Source: Chiloscyllium plagiosum
Taxonomy: Eukaryota
Direction: 5' to 3'
Assembly (NCBI RefSeq): GCF_004010195.1
Contig: NC_057752.1
Span: 3,539,065 to 3,584,618 of the forward strand
DNA length: 45,554 bases
The first letter of the stretch is position 1. Each line of letters begins with the position of its first letter. The notes beneath the pieces are model-generated. The model saw only the letters and a program-made list of their open reading frames with translations, was not told the DNA's origin and did not search any database. The translations under genes and the position numbers were made by a program. This document shows, in pieces, positions 44,594-45,554 of the stretch.

Positions 44594-45077
44594 AAATAGT
44601 CAGAAGACAAGATATAGCTTGTGATTAGATCATGCCAAGCCCTGGTTTAAGGGAAGTTGTCAGGGCAAGGAAAGACTACCAAGGAAGATTTGTGTCATCG
44701 TTCAAGTTTCTATGACTTGTATCATCTGTCTCGGCATTAAAAACATGGAAATGCCTTCCTTTGTAGATGTCCCAAACAGACAGCAAGAAGACAATCTTAA
44801 AAGAAGGAATGTGGGAATATATTGCTGAGCCATGATGACGAGATTAGACATGATCAAGAAGAAATCCTCAGGTAGGTTTTTTAAAAACAGGGTGAAGAAC
44901 AAAAGTGAGAGATTGAACGCTTCTACAAGGCGCTACAGAAGACATGAATGAGAAAGAATATGCTGGGTATACGCAGAAGGTCAGGCAGTGTCTGTGGAGA
45001 GGTGGGGGGGAAATATAGTGACACTTCAGGTCTTCGATATTAATTTCAGATCTCATCCTGATTGTGACAAAGCTCTC

Positions 45078-45200
45078 TGAAATAACGATAGAGGCTGGTA
45101 TCTTGTCACCAAGTCTCCCTTTAGTTATTCGTGCACACTACACTGACTGTAGATAGCCAGTTCAGAGTCAGTCCGCTGAACTGAGGAGTTTCTGAATCTC
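45078..45200 (-). mobile_element. Partial second copy of the putative solo LTR at 13027-13218
   Basis: Reverse complement ctcctcagttcagcggactgactctgaactggc...aaagggagacttggtgacaagataccagcctct...ttatttca aligns with 13119-13218. Confidence 0.6.
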
Positions 45201-45554
45201 CTGTTTCATTTCATTATTTATAGCTACACAAAATACAATACAACAGTAACAATACACAAGAGAAATCGGGACACAACCATAAGGTGCCCAAAATCTTACG
45301 AAACAAACAACGCGACATAAAACGTATATAGAATTTCCATACTGTCCTTTCAAAGGGACCACAATGACAGGAATCTAGAGAAGACACCATTTCACCCCCT
45401 CAGGGCAACGTTCACAGCAGGCAAGAGCCCACAATATACAATTGCAAACACTTCACCCATCACCTGCACCCAGTCTACAAAACTCAGCATAGCCAAAAAC
45501 AACATTCAACAGTAAAAACCCACTGAGTCCATAACTCAACTCACCCCCCCCCCC

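Noticed and set aside
44767..44871. 105-nt segment with a good acceptor (ccttcctttgtag) and donor (cag/gtaggt)
   Set aside because: Stop codons in all three frames; the region resembles an antisense LINE 3' remnant.

Overview
Repeat-dense vertebrate non-coding DNA, most likely a cartilaginous fish: HE1-type V-SINEs with (TAATC)n tails, HER1/CR1 LINEs and SacSINE1-type DeuSINEs point to a shark, possibly a carpet shark. I found no host protein-coding exon, rRNA, tRNA or CRISPR array. Every recognisable ORF is a retroelement remnant: CR1 RT, APE and ORF1 esterase, Rex1/Babar RT, RTE, an L2/CR1-group LINE, and a Penelope GIY-YIG endonuclease. The most interesting signal is a set of over a dozen Penelope-type minimal hammerhead-ribozyme (HHR) motifs in three sequence families. 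Most lie in ~90-220 bp non-coding mini-elements that are often fold-back and flanked by 10-15 bp target-site duplications (TSDs), and their truncation or inversion points cluster at the HHR core. Also present are multi-level TE nesting, a SINE-derived 53-bp minisatellite with dimeric higher-order structure, an unexplained interleaved inverted/direct repeat at ~29.8-30.1 kb, putative solo LTRs, and two assembly gaps. Family names come from my recall of consensus motifs, not from database searches.
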